Of a stretch of DNA of 64,000 nucleotides, positions 10,494 through 19,936 are shown piece by piece (the stretch's first letter is position 1; every line of letters begins with the position of its first letter). The stretch covers positions 187 through 64,186 of the forward strand of contig JACPLW010000001.1 in assembly GCA_016186325.1 (NCBI GenBank), given 5' to 3'. The stretch is from Parcubacteria group bacterium (GTDB taxonomy: Bacteria; Patescibacteriota; Minisyncoccia; UBA10092). The position numbers and the translations under genes were made by a program. The notes under the pieces were generated by a model. The model searched no databases. It was not told where the DNA came from and saw only the letters and a list, made by a program, of their open reading frames with translations.

Positions 10494-10501
10494 TTTAGAT
10501 A

Positions 10502-10519
10502 CCCCCAATTGGGGGTTTT
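10502..10519 (+). terminator. intrinsic terminator after PBP1A
   Basis: CCCCCAATTGGGGG followed by TTTT. Confidence 0.6.
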
Positions 10520-10554
10520 GATTTTTTATGAAATAAAACTTAGAATTGTTTTAC

Positions 10555-10585
10555 CTCGCCGAATCCGCCAGTTGGCGGAGAAGGC
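10555..10585. repeat. 31-bp palindrome-containing element, copy 1 (identical inverted copy at 19107-19137)
   Basis: CTCGCCGAATCCGCCAGTTGGCGGAGAAGGC, with a nested CCGCC-AGTT-GGCGG hairpin. The reverse complement is present at 19107-19137. Confidence 0.7.
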
Positions 10586-10597
10586 GGGCAAAAATTT

Positions 10598-11306
10598 ATG
10601 CAATTCGATATTATAACTATTTTTCCAAATATCTTTAGATTTTATTTCAACGAGAGCATAATTTTGCGCGCCCAAAAATATCTTTAGATTTTATTTCAAC
10701 GAGAGCATAATTTTGCGCGCCCAAAAATCGGGGAAAATAAAAATTAACATTGTTGATTTAAGGAAATTTTCAGCCGACAAAAATAAAAAGGTAGATGACA
10801 AGCCCTATGGCGGGGGACCCGGTATGGTTTTTAAAATTGAACCACTTATTAAAGCGATTTCAAATCTGAAACTGAAGGGCGGTAAAGAAAAACTTATTTT
10901 ATTTTCACCTAGCGGAAAACAATTCAGTTCCAAAATGGCCACAGAGTGGGCTAAAAAATATAATCGGATAATAATGGTTGCCGGCCATTACGAAGGAGTA
11001 GACGAAAGAATTAAAAAAATTTTTAAGATGGAAGAAATTTCAATCGGGCCATATATTTTAACCGGCGGAGAACTACCGGCAATGATTGTTATTGATTCGG
11101 TTTCGCGCCATATTCCGGGAGTTTTGGGGAAAAACGAGTCGCTTGAAGAAAAACGTTTTGGCGCTGGTGTTCCGGTTTTCACCCGTCCGGAAGTTATTAA
11201 ATATAAAAATAAAAAATACATTGTTCCAAAAGTTCTTCTTTCCGGAGATCACAAAAAAATAGAGGAATGGAGAAAAAAGCATCAAAAAAGCGATTTGACT
11301 TACTAA
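10598..11306 (+). pseudogene. trmD: tRNA (guanine37-N1)-methyltransferase TrmD, frameshifted by a 49-bp perfect tandem duplication
   Basis: The 5' frame MQFDIITIFPNIFRFYFNESIILRAQKYL stops at 10685. Removing one 49-bp copy (10680-10728) restores the frame into ...AQKSGKIKINIVDL..., matching the TrmD fold. The track ORF 10713..11306 uses a TTG start. Confidence 0.55.
10631..10728 (+). repeat. perfect 2 x 49 bp tandem duplication inside trmD
   Basis: 10631-10679 equals 10680-10728 (ATCTTTAGATTTTATTTCAACGAGAGCATAATTTTGCGCGCCCAAAAAT). Confidence 0.9.
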
Positions 11307-11371
11307 TAGTGCTTGGATATACTCGCACTTATATAAGTATAGTTCTTTGAACACACCAACAGGAGTGTCTA

Positions 11372-11713
11372 ATGACTGAACTGCAAAAAACTAATGCGTT
11401 GCTTAGAGAACTTCTTCAGCTAATATATGTTCAGCATCAGTTCTTTATGTGGGCATTATCACCAGATCATTATGGGGCTTGGCTCAACAGAATGACGCTA
11501 GCATACCGACTTCAAAAACATCATGTCTGGACTGAAGAAGAATGGTCGATTTTGGTTAAGAAAGATTTTAAAGATGGATGTAAGCGATGGCCTCAGATGA
11601 AAGAAACCTGGAAGAAGCTCCGAAAGTATTATAGTCGCGATGTTGTGCGGTTTATGGACGAACTTTTCGTCTCTATGGATACGCCGCAAAAGAAAAGTAG
11701 AAAAAGAAAATAA
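11372..11713 (+). CDS. hypothetical protein
   Basis: 113-aa ORF with a basic C-terminus; no recognisable motifs. Confidence 0.3.
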   Translation: MTELQKTNALLRELLQLIYVQHQFFMWALSPDHYGAWLNRMTLAYRLQKHHVWTEEEWSILVKKDFKDGCKRWPQMKETWKKLRKYYSRDVVRFMDELFVSMDTPQKKSRKRK

Positions 11714-11876
11714 ATAACAGATACCCGTCTTATGGCGGTATTTATTTTATCTCAAAATCAGTAAAAAAGATTATATAATTTATGCCGGCAATTTAACCAC
11801 TTAATTTCCGATCGGTTGCAAAGTTGTAACTTTTGAAATATAGTATCTTTGTTAAACTTTAGTTAAATTTTTATTC

Positions 11877-12428
11877 ATGGAACGAATGGGATCAATGTCT
11901 AAAAAAGTCATGCTCCTTTTGATAGGGGGCGCTTCTTTAAGTTTAGCAAGAAGACCTGATCAATATTTTAAAATTGTCAAAAATATTGCTAAAGAATGGA
12001 AAAAGATTAATGAAAGAAATTTGAAACTGGCAATTAAAAATCTGTATAAATCAAAATTGATTGATTATAAGGAAAATCGCGATGGGACAGTTGCTATTGT
12101 TTTGACGGATAATGGAAGAAAAAAAATTCTAAAGTATGATTTAGATAAAATTCAAATAAAAAAACCCGTAAAATGGGATATGATGTGGAGAGTGGTAATT
12201 TTTGACATTCCGGAAGAGAAACGACAGGGAAGGATTGCATTAGCTGAAAAATTAAAAGAGCTTGGATTTTATCCTCTGCAAAAAAGCGTTTTTCTTTATC
12301 CGTATGAATGCAAAGACGAGATTGATTTTATAATAGAAATTTTCAATCTCTCACCGTATGTCAGATTTTTGAGGGTTAAAAATACCGATATTGATATAGA
12401 TCTAAAAGTTCGATTTCATTTGTCATAG
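11877..12428 (+). CDS. PaaX-like regulator: N-terminal wHTH-like region plus C-terminal Cas2/VapD-fold domain
   Basis: The C-terminal WRVVIFDIPEEKRQGRIALAEKLKELGFYPLQKSVFLYPYEC follows the Cas2-like pattern (VxxYDI..KRR......L...G.R.Q.SVF.C). No CRISPR array or cas1 nearby. Confidence 0.4.
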   Translation: MERMGSMSKKVMLLLIGGASLSLARRPDQYFKIVKNIAKEWKKINERNLKLAIKNLYKSKLIDYKENRDGTVAIVLTDNGRKKILKYDLDKIQIKKPVKWDMMWRVVIFDIPEEKRQGRIALAEKLKELGFYPLQKSVFLYPYECKDEIDFIIEIFNLSPYVRFLRVKNTDIDIDLKVRFHLS

Positions 12429-12454
12429 TGATTTTAGCAGCTTCTCAATTTAAC

Positions 12455-12560
12455 AGTTTAATTTACGATCGTCTGATAATATGTAATTTATGTAATTCAT
12501 GTAATTTATGAAAATTTTTATAAATTACGCATGGTCACATTCATAAATTTGTAAAAAGTT
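12455..12560. promoter_or_regulatory. iteron-like direct repeats (ATGTAATTY x3, ATGAAAATT) plus flanking inverted ATAAATTACGCAT / CATAAATTTG
   Basis: Seen in sequence, between the PaaX-like gene and the PRTase gene. Confidence 0.35.
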
Positions 12561-12620
12561 CTTTTTTTGATATACTGACTGGGTAAAAAATCTGGTACTT
12601 TAAAAAATAGGGGAGTGCAA

Positions 12621-13025
12621 ATGTACGAAACTGAAAAATGGCTTGTATACGAACAAAAAGATTTTAATAAAGATATTCAAGCGCTAGTATTCATAATTAA
12701 ATACTGTACAAAATTGTTTGATGGCATATTCGGTATTCCCGAAGGCGCTAATGTTTTGGCGGCCTATCTTCATTATCGGTTGAAATTACCTATCTTCAGA
12801 ACTCCTGAAGAGATAACTGAGAACACTATTATAGTTGATGATATTGCTGATACTGGTGCAACTCTTACTAAGTATGTCAAAGATGGAAGTTTTGTCGTTA
12901 CGCTTTTTTATCATAAACAAAGCATTTTTGTTCCCAGTATCTGGCTTCATGAGAAGCATGACAAATGGGTTCATTTTCCATGGGAAGATCCGGAGGATGG
13001 CGATGACCGACTAGTGCGAGATTAA
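12621..13025 (+). CDS. small phosphoribosyltransferase-domain protein
   Basis: VDDIADTGATL PRPP-binding motif. RBS AGGGGAG lies 8 nt upstream of the ATG at 12621. Confidence 0.5.
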   Translation: MYETEKWLVYEQKDFNKDIQALVFIIKYCTKLFDGIFGIPEGANVLAAYLHYRLKLPIFRTPEEITENTIIVDDIADTGATLTKYVKDGSFVVTLFYHKQSIFVPSIWLHEKHDKWVHFPWEDPEDGDDRLVRD

Positions 13026-13095
13026 CTTATTTTTGAAAAACCATTGACGCAAAAATTTTGCGTCAATGGTTTTTTTGTAATAATATATATTTTGT

Positions 13096-14568
13096 ATGGA
13101 CTTTAGAGACAAAATAATTGAAGCGGGGCTAACTTTTTCTGATATTTCTTTGCGTCCCCAGAAATCAAATTTGAAAAGCCGTCTTGATCCGGATACTTTT
13201 AGTTATCTTACAAAGAAAATTAAATTGGCGGTTCCAATTATAAGCGCCAATATGGATACCGTTACTGAAAGCACAATGGCCATTGCCATGGCACGATATG
13301 GCGGTATTGGCATTATTCATCGAAATATGAGCATTGAAGATCAAGTTAAGGAAGTTTTGAAAGTTAAATCAGCAGACGAGGCCTTAATACGAAATCCCTA
13401 TACACTGTTTCCTGAAAATCTTGTCTGGCAAGCCCGGGAACTTTTAGCGGAAAAACAGATCGACAGTGTGTTGATAATTGATAAGAAAAAAAAATTAGTC
13501 GGCCTTGTTACCAAGCATGAGTTGGCAAAAGCTCAGAGCATGGAATCAATTGAAAAATATATGTTACCGAGGCGGGATTTAATTGTTGCAGAAATTAATG
13601 GAAAATCTCTTACTGAAAAAGACGCGCGTATTTTAGCTGAAAAGATTTTTGCCAAACAGCATCTTCTTGGTAAATTGCCATTCATTGATAAAAAAGGCAA
13701 TTTAGTAGCACTTTTGATTAAAAAAGACTTGCTTAAAGAGGCGTCATATCCTTCGGCTACAAAAAATGAACTCGGTCGACTAAGGGTTGGGGCCGCAATT
13801 GGGGTGAGTGAAGATACTATTGGAAGAGCCCAGGCGCTCGTTAATGTCGGGGTCGACGTTTTAGTTTTAGACATCGCTCACGGTCATGCTGTAAAGCCTA
13901 TGGAGATAGCGCGGTTAATTCGCAGGCGATTGCCAAATTGTGAATTAATTGTTGGCAATGTAGCCACCAAAGAAGCGGTTCGTGATTATGCGCGGCTTAA
14001 CGTTTCGGCCATTAAAGTAGGCATTGGCCCGGGCGCCACTTGTTCAACGCGCATTGTTTCCGGCGCCGGCGTACCGCAAGTTTCGGCACTTCTGGAATGT
14101 GTTCGTGAGTCACAAAAATTCGGAATACCGATTATTGCCGACGGCGGTATCCGTTATCCGCGAGATGTCTCTATTGCCATCGGTTGCGGCGCTTCAAGCG
14201 TAATGATTGGCACTTTATTTGCCGGAACCGACGAAAGCCCGGGAGATGTCATTCATGACAACGGCCGGCTCATGAAAATTGTTCGCGGTATGTCTTCTTT
14301 AGACGTCAATCTTGAAATTAAAGGTGATAAATTTATGAACTCTGACTTGAGAGCGGTGATTCAACCGGAGGGAGAAACCGGACGCATTTCTTATCGCGGA
14401 CCTCTTATTCGGGTTTTGGGTTCTTTAGTAAGCGGTCTTCGTTCGGGAATGACTTACGCCGGAGCGGCAAATATTAAAGAATTACAGCGGCCATTTGAAA
14501 GGAAATTTACCAGGATGAGCCAAGCTGCTTGGGAAGAATCCAAGCCTCACGATATTGAAATAATTTAA
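13096..14568 (+). CDS. guaB: inosine-5'-monophosphate dehydrogenase
   Basis: 490 aa. IMPDH catalytic loop GIGPGATCSTR, CBS pair, GVPQ and ADGGIRY motifs. Confidence 0.85.
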   Translation: MDFRDKIIEAGLTFSDISLRPQKSNLKSRLDPDTFSYLTKKIKLAVPIISANMDTVTESTMAIAMARYGGIGIIHRNMSIEDQVKEVLKVKSADEALIRNPYTLFPENLVWQARELLAEKQIDSVLIIDKKKKLVGLVTKHELAKAQSMESIEKYMLPRRDLIVAEINGKSLTEKDARILAEKIFAKQHLLGKLPFIDKKGNLVALLIKKDLLKEASYPSATKNELGRLRVGAAIGVSEDTIGRAQALVNVGVDVLVLDIAHGHAVKPMEIARLIRRRLPNCELIVGNVATKEAVRDYARLNVSAIKVGIGPGATCSTRIVSGAGVPQVSALLECVRESQKFGIPIIADGGIRYPRDVSIAIGCGASSVMIGTLFAGTDESPGDVIHDNGRLMKIVRGMSSLDVNLEIKGDKFMNSDLRAVIQPEGETGRISYRGPLIRVLGSLVSGLRSGMTYAGAANIKELQRPFERKFTRMSQAAWEESKPHDIEII

Positions 14569-14722
14569 TGCTTCAACTTCACTCAGCATTAATCCTGAGC
14601 TTGTCGAATGGATTAACCCCACAACTGCGGGGTTTTATTTCGCTATTTAAATTTTGTATTGTCAAGGTTGACGGTAAAAAATTTAAAATATAAACTGGAA
14701 ACAATCTAAGGGTCTTTTACAA

Positions 14723-17347
14723 ATGAAAATGGGGACAGAAATGAAAAGAGATGAAATTACCGAGTTGAGAAGAAGATTTAACATTCCGAGAAAACCTCCT
14801 ATAGGTTTTTATTTGACGGCTCAAGGTAAAAAAATTCTTCTTTCTCTTCTTAAATTAGGTCTTGATAGGGGGAAGATAGCTAAGCTTCTCAATAAGCCGA
14901 CGGTTATGGCTGTTGAAAAAATATATAATCGCGCTAGTATAAAATTGCGAATGCCAGAGACAAAAAATTTGGTCTGGAATGAAAAAATGGATCAAGTTAT
15001 GGTTGATGGATTTAAGGAAAGCGCCGATTATAGCCGCGGTGTCGAACGCAACAAACTTAGAACTGAACTCATAAAGCGCATTAATGACTTACGCGATCCC
15101 GGTACGCGGAAAATCAAAACCTGGAATGCAGTGTTTGATCATATGAAATATAGGTCTGGCGATAAAAAATTGTCTTGGGGCAATGATAAGGCTGGGCCCA
15201 AGGCAAAGGTTGATAAAGAAAAAGTTAAGCAAGAAGAGATAGAGAAATTTACCGCGCAATTAAAGAAGGAAGAACGCTCTTGGCCAGAACAGGAAGTTTT
15301 GGAAGTTAGCGAAGAGGCATGGAATCGTCCAGGCGTAAGACGCGGCTATACTTCGCGTTGGGATTATAAAGGGCCCGGATATCGTAGTGGCATTATTTTA
15401 GAAGGTTGTCGTAAGTTTGCCGAAGAAGGGTGCCGTTTTATTGTTCTTGTTGGCGGTTTGGTGAGTAAAAACTACGTTAGGAAAGAATTAAAGAGACGTT
15501 TTAAGGATGTTAAACTTGAATATAGAGATAATGTTGCGGAACATTTTGTTAATGAGTCGGCGAAAGAACTGGCTTTCATTATTCCTAAAATTAAGAAACC
15601 CGTAAGTATTTGGGCTGATCCGAATAAACCGGAATTTGTTCGGTTTTATATTTCTACCAGCCCGATTTACGATGGCCCTAACAGCGAACTTTATGAAAGC
15701 ACTTATGGCGAGGAAATCGCTCGCCGACTTCAGGCATTGAGGCCTGACGATATTCGTCTTGAAAACGAGGGTAGTGCTCGTCTTGAAGTTAAGGGCGTTA
15801 ACGAAGTTGATTGGGCAATCAGTCCTGTTAAACATCGCTTGCCCAGCCAGTATTATAGCGCGGCTGCCGAGCGTGAAATTAGAGATAAATCAGCCCAATC
15901 AGATCAGTTATTTCCGGATCTTTGGGTAGTTGGCACGCATGCCTCCGCTATTCATAAAACGAGCGGCGAGAAAGAAAGACCATATATTACTATTCCGGCT
16001 TCTTGTCGGCTTGAAGCGACTACCGTTGCCGAAAATCAAGAAGGAATAGTCGTTGTAGAATCAATTGACGGTAACCGTTTTGTACGATTTTGGAACCTCA
16101 AGGATTTAATTCATACCGAAAGACAGTTTATTACTGGTATTAAAGAAGGAGCTTCTGATCTTCACAAAAAGATCGTTAAAGTTATCAAAGACCACGGAGC
16201 AATGACTGTCGGGCTTTTATCGGATAAACTTGGGATTGAAAGGGAAATAGTTGAACGGGAAATAAAATATCTTGAAGAGCCTAAAATGTCGGCCAGAAAA
16301 ACTTGGCCAGGACTTTATTATAATCCCAAATCCCAGCGATACGATTTTCACCTTGATTGGATTCAGGAAAAACTAAGACATCACCTACCTGTTGAGTACT
16401 CTGAAAATACATCGCTTATGTTCGGCTGTCTTCACGCCAGTTATACTACAACGGATTATCAGCATTTCGTTTTAAAGTATCCTGAAATTATCTTAGCTCA
16501 TAAAGTTAAAACCTTGATTGGCCTGGGCGATTTTGTCGCTGGTTTAAAGCACGACCTGATGCATCGTGGCGAAATTATCGGCTCTCTTAACGAAACTGAT
16601 CATCAAATTTTTGCTGCTGAACTTGTCGCAACGATTATTTTTAAGTCATTTAGAAAGCGATTTGAAGATGCGCTCTTAAAATTTACGACTGTTAAACCAA
16701 CTGTTGTTGAATTAAAATCTATAGTTGCGGATCCCTTAGTTCTTGTGGATTTTATTTATATCGTAGGCAATCATGATGCGTGGCCGCTAGGCTTTGGTAC
16801 TTCGCCCTTAGGAACTTTCCGCGATAAATTAACAAGAATTTTATATCGGGAAATCAGTGTCCTTTTTGCATCTCGTGGTCTTCCGCTAATCGATTTTTAT
16901 GATTTGATTGAAAAAAAGATTATTCTATTACCTGATTTTAATCCTGTCTGCACATTACCTTCAGTATTGACCTTCGGCGCTCGCCATCCGGGTATGGCAA
17001 GAGCGGATACTACCTCACTAAGAGCCCAGAAAGCATTAGAAGCCCTGGGTACTCAAATTGTTGGCATTGCCAACTTCCATGTAGCCACCACGGTTCGTGT
17101 TTGGCGGCCCGATTTGGGCCAATGCGTGGCGGTTCAAGCGTCAACGCAAGTTATTTACACGCCGTTTGAAGGTAGTAAAATGAAAAAGCTTGATTTTGGG
17201 CCGACATTATTAAGAACTCTCTCTCACGATAATAGGATTTATATGGATGAAACCGCTTATTTTAATAAGCCTATGTTGAAAGAACCTTATTCAAAATCTA
17301 TTGACGTTGATAAGCTTAAAGATTCACTCGGTCTTTTAAGAGCTTAA
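14723..17347 (+). CDS. large multidomain hypothetical protein: N-terminal HTH-like region, C-terminal calcineurin-like metallophosphoesterase motifs
   Basis: 874 aa. The HTH-like region is GKIAKLLNKPTVMAVEKIYNRASIKL. The phosphoesterase-like motifs are LIGLGDFVAG, IVGNHDAWP and GIANFHV. Confidence 0.3.
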   Translation: MKMGTEMKRDEITELRRRFNIPRKPPIGFYLTAQGKKILLSLLKLGLDRGKIAKLLNKPTVMAVEKIYNRASIKLRMPETKNLVWNEKMDQVMVDGFKESADYSRGVERNKLRTELIKRINDLRDPGTRKIKTWNAVFDHMKYRSGDKKLSWGNDKAGPKAKVDKEKVKQEEIEKFTAQLKKEERSWPEQEVLEVSEEAWNRPGVRRGYTSRWDYKGPGYRSGIILEGCRKFAEEGCRFIVLVGGLVSKNYVRKELKRRFKDVKLEYRDNVAEHFVNESAKELAFIIPKIKKPVSIWADPNKPEFVRFYISTSPIYDGPNSELYESTYGEEIARRLQALRPDDIRLENEGSARLEVKGVNEVDWAISPVKHRLPSQYYSAAAEREIRDKSAQSDQLFPDLWVVGTHASAIHKTSGEKERPYITIPASCRLEATTVAENQEGIVVVESIDGNRFVRFWNLKDLIHTERQFITGIKEGASDLHKKIVKVIKDHGAMTVGLLSDKLGIEREIVEREIKYLEEPKMSARKTWPGLYYNPKSQRYDFHLDWIQEKLRHHLPVEYSENTSLMFGCLHASYTTTDYQHFVLKYPEIILAHKVKTLIGLGDFVAGLKHDLMHRGEIIGSLNETDHQIFAAELVATIIFKSFRKRFEDALLKFTTVKPTVVELKSIVADPLVLVDFIYIVGNHDAWPLGFGTSPLGTFRDKLTRILYREISVLFASRGLPLIDFYDLIEKKIILLPDFNPVCTLPSVLTFGARHPGMARADTTSLRAQKALEALGTQIVGIANFHVATTVRVWRPDLGQCVAVQASTQVIYTPFEGSKMKKLDFGPTLLRTLSHDNRIYMDETAYFNKPMLKEPYSKSIDVDKLKDSLGLLRA

Positions 17348-17492
17348 ATTACTTTTTTTCGCCCCGCAATCGCAGGGCGATTTTTATTGATCCCGCACAT
17401 AAAAGTTATGTGTGGGATTGACAACAGATTATTTGGGTGATAAGTAAATTATATGGTTCTTTATTTTATATAAATAAGTCATCGGAGGTAGC

Positions 17493-17942
17493 TTGGGCTC
17501 ATCGGCTGACACGCTATCGCAACCAAAACACTATAACAGACATCACACTTATCCAAAAAGCCGCATCCCGACGAAGTATCACGGAGGAAAAAATAAAGTT
17601 TTAGGCAAGTGGATGGTGCTTCAAGGCGTCCCAATAAAAGCCCACAACGCATTGCACGCTATTTTCGGCAATCGCGTTCCCGAGGAGCAGATTGTATTTT
17701 TGAAAAAACTCTGTGATCAAAATGGAATTCTTAATTTGGAAATCTATGCGGCTTATAAAGATGCATTCGATGCTCTTTTTAGCGGCAACATTTCTTTCGT
17801 TAGTATGTTGGAAGTTACAAAGCAATGGGATTTGTCAAAAGAGGCGCGAGAAAGATACGCCGACAGGCTTGCGATGCTTTATAAAGTTTTAAATTTTGAT
17901 ATTTCCGGAGGAATTCCGTTAAGAAAATTTAAATTGAATTAA
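17493..17942 (+). CDS. hypothetical protein
   Basis: 149-aa ORF preceded by a hairpin and a TTGACA promoter-like element. Confidence 0.3.
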   Translation: MGSSADTLSQPKHYNRHHTYPKSRIPTKYHGGKNKVLGKWMVLQGVPIKAHNALHAIFGNRVPEEQIVFLKKLCDQNGILNLEIYAAYKDAFDALFSGNISFVSMLEVTKQWDLSKEARERYADRLAMLYKVLNFDISGGIPLRKFKLN

Positions 17943-17969
17943 CCCCAAATCGGGGTTATATTTATCTTT

Positions 17970-18623
17970 ATGAACACGCTTGTTTCTGATTTAATTAAAC
18001 AGGGCATTTTGAAAACTCCGCGGATTATTGAGGCATTTAAAAAAATCAACCGCGCTGATTTTGTGCCGCCGGAGTTAAAAGAACGGGCGTACGTTAATGA
18101 ACCATTGCCAATAGGGGAAGGGCAGACCATATCACAACCTTTAACCGTTGCTTTTATGTTGGAACTTTTACAGCCGGAGCCGGGAAATAAAATTTTTGAA
18201 ATCGGTTTTGGGTCAGGATGGCAAACAGCATTATTAGCGGAAATAGTTGGAATAAAAGGACGAATATTCGCAGTTGAAAGAATCCCAGAACTTTTTAGAT
18301 TCGGCAGGAAAAATATTGCTAAATACGGTTTTATTAAAAACGGCACGGTGAAAATGATTGGCGGCGACGCGATCTTAGGATTAAAACGCCACGCGCCGTT
18401 TGATAAAGTAATCGCCGCGGCATCGGGCAAGGAAGTGCCAGAGACATGGCTGAAAGAATTAAGAATCAACGGTCGGTTAGTTGCTCCGATTAAAGAAAGC
18501 ATTTGGCTTTACGTAAAAAAATCTTCACCCGCCAAAATTTCCAAAGGAAACTTAGGCGGGCAAGAAGAATTTGAAAAAAAAGAATACCCCGGCTTTATTT
18601 TTGTTCCTCTTATCAAAACTTGA
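17970..18623 (+). CDS. pcm: protein-L-isoaspartate O-methyltransferase
   Basis: GQTISQP motif and the EIGFGSGW SAM-binding motif. Confidence 0.8.
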   Translation: MNTLVSDLIKQGILKTPRIIEAFKKINRADFVPPELKERAYVNEPLPIGEGQTISQPLTVAFMLELLQPEPGNKIFEIGFGSGWQTALLAEIVGIKGRIFAVERIPELFRFGRKNIAKYGFIKNGTVKMIGGDAILGLKRHAPFDKVIAAASGKEVPETWLKELRINGRLVAPIKESIWLYVKKSSPAKISKGNLGGQEEFEKKEYPGFIFVPLIKT

Positions 18624-18697
18624 CGCTTTTAGCCAGTTGTGATATAAAAATATAAATAACATTGTTCTTTAATTTTAAAACAAAAGGGGGCGGATTA

Positions 18698-19027
18698 ATG
18701 AAAAAGCTAAAATGGGTGGTTTTGGGTGTTATCGTGTCGGTTCTCTATTTGAATATAGGATATCTTGTCGCTTATTCGCTTGATTCTGGAGTTTCGCAGA
18801 CCGCTTTTTCCGAAGCTGTTTTCAAAACCGTGAATTTTATGAATTCTCTTAATAGGGACAAAGCAGATAATTCTAATACAACTAAGAATATAATTTACGG
18901 AGTCACGATAATTTTTTGGCCCTTTGTAGTGTTAGTTTTTTGGATGGTCAATTTATTTGTTTTGTTATGGACAGTTTTTGTTTGGCTTGTTAACGGTGGT
19001 ATTTTCCGTTGGCTTGGCTTGATTTAG
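18698..19027 (+). CDS. small membrane protein (hypothetical)
   Basis: Two or three transmembrane segments. The internal start MKKLKW is preferred over the track start at 18662. Confidence 0.3.
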   Translation: MKKLKWVVLGVIVSVLYLNIGYLVAYSLDSGVSQTAFSEAVFKTVNFMNSLNRDKADNSNTTKNIIYGVTIIFWPFVVLVFWMVNLFVLLWTVFVWLVNGGIFRWLGLI

Positions 19028-19075
19028 GTAGGAAAATTTTAGGGGCTTGACGCCCCTTTTAATATTTGATAAGGT

Positions 19076-19320
19076 TGTTATATTCTGCAGACAACGGGCA
19101 CAAGCTGCCTTCTCCGCCAACTGGCGGATTCGGCGAGCCGAAGTAAGTCCCGTCGAGGATTACAAAACATTTATGTGTTTTGTGTCGTCTGCGGGCATAC
19201 GCCCGTTTTTTTGTTTAGAAATTATCCCTCGACTTTGCTCGGGATCCTGAGCTTGTCGAAGGAGAAATTAGGATTTATCTGGCTTCGCCAGATCTCGCGA
19301 AGCGAGAGAAATTTAGATAT
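19076..19320 (+). promoter_or_regulatory. rplJ (L10) leader region with attenuator-like hairpin (CGGGCATACGCCCG followed by T7)
   Basis: Structured ~240-nt 5' region upstream of rplJ. Contains the inverted copy of the 31-bp element (19107-19137) and the 17-bp repeat (19244-19260). Confidence 0.4.
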
Positions 19321-19323
19321 AAT

Positions 19324-19851
19324 ATGGCTTTAACACGCGAGCAAAAAGGAAATATTTTAAAAGATTTAAAAGAAAAATTCAGCCGTGCTAAAGCGGTAAT
19401 TTTGGTTGAATTTAATAAACTTCCGGTTAGTAAAACTATGGAACTTCGCCGCATACTTACGGGCATCGGCGCTGAATATAGGGTCGTTAAAAAAACTTTA
19501 ATAAGCCGGGTTTTAAAGTCGGAAAAATACGAAGAAATTAATATAGACGATATAAAAACTCAAGTGGCTTTTGTTTTAAGTTATGATGATCCGGTGCCAG
19601 TGGCAAGTTCGCTTTACAAATTTTCAAGGTTAAATGAAGCGTTAAAAATTTTAGGCGGGTTTCTCGGATTGGATTGGAAAGACAAGGCTAAAGTTATAGA
19701 ACTTGCTAAGCTACCGCCACGAGAAGTTTTACTAGGCCGGGTTGTAAGAGTTATTGCCTCGCCGCTTTCCGGTTTAGCCATCGTGCTTTCTGGCAATACG
19801 CGCAACTTAATAAATTTATTAAATAATTTACAAAATAAAAGGTCGACGTAA
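19324..19851 (+). CDS. rplJ: 50S ribosomal protein L10
   Basis: Typical L10 N-terminus MALTREQK...AKAVILVEFNKL. Confidence 0.85.
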   Translation: MALTREQKGNILKDLKEKFSRAKAVILVEFNKLPVSKTMELRRILTGIGAEYRVVKKTLISRVLKSEKYEEINIDDIKTQVAFVLSYDDPVPVASSLYKFSRLNEALKILGGFLGLDWKDKAKVIELAKLPPREVLLGRVVRVIASPLSGLAIVLSGNTRNLINLLNNLQNKRST

Positions 19852-19936
19852 CATTTATGTAGCTGTCCGCCTTCGCATAAAGCTTCGGCGGATGCTCATA
19901 ATTGTTGCTAAAATTTTAAGAAAATTTTAGACAATT

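Noticed and set aside
10988-11354. Minus-strand ORFs overlapping trmD
   Set aside because: Antisense to the conserved TrmD frame.
11877-12428. Cas2-like domain as evidence of a CRISPR-Cas locus
   Set aside because: No CRISPR array, cas1 or other cas genes within the window. The fold is shared with PaaX-C/VapD regulators.
17939-18502. 187-aa minus-strand ORF antisense to pcm
   Set aside because: The pcm frame carries diagnostic PIMT motifs, so the antisense ORF is a by-product.
19047-19250. 67-aa ORF in the rplJ leader
   Set aside because: Lies in a structured leader or attenuator region with repeats and has no RBS, so it is more likely non-coding.
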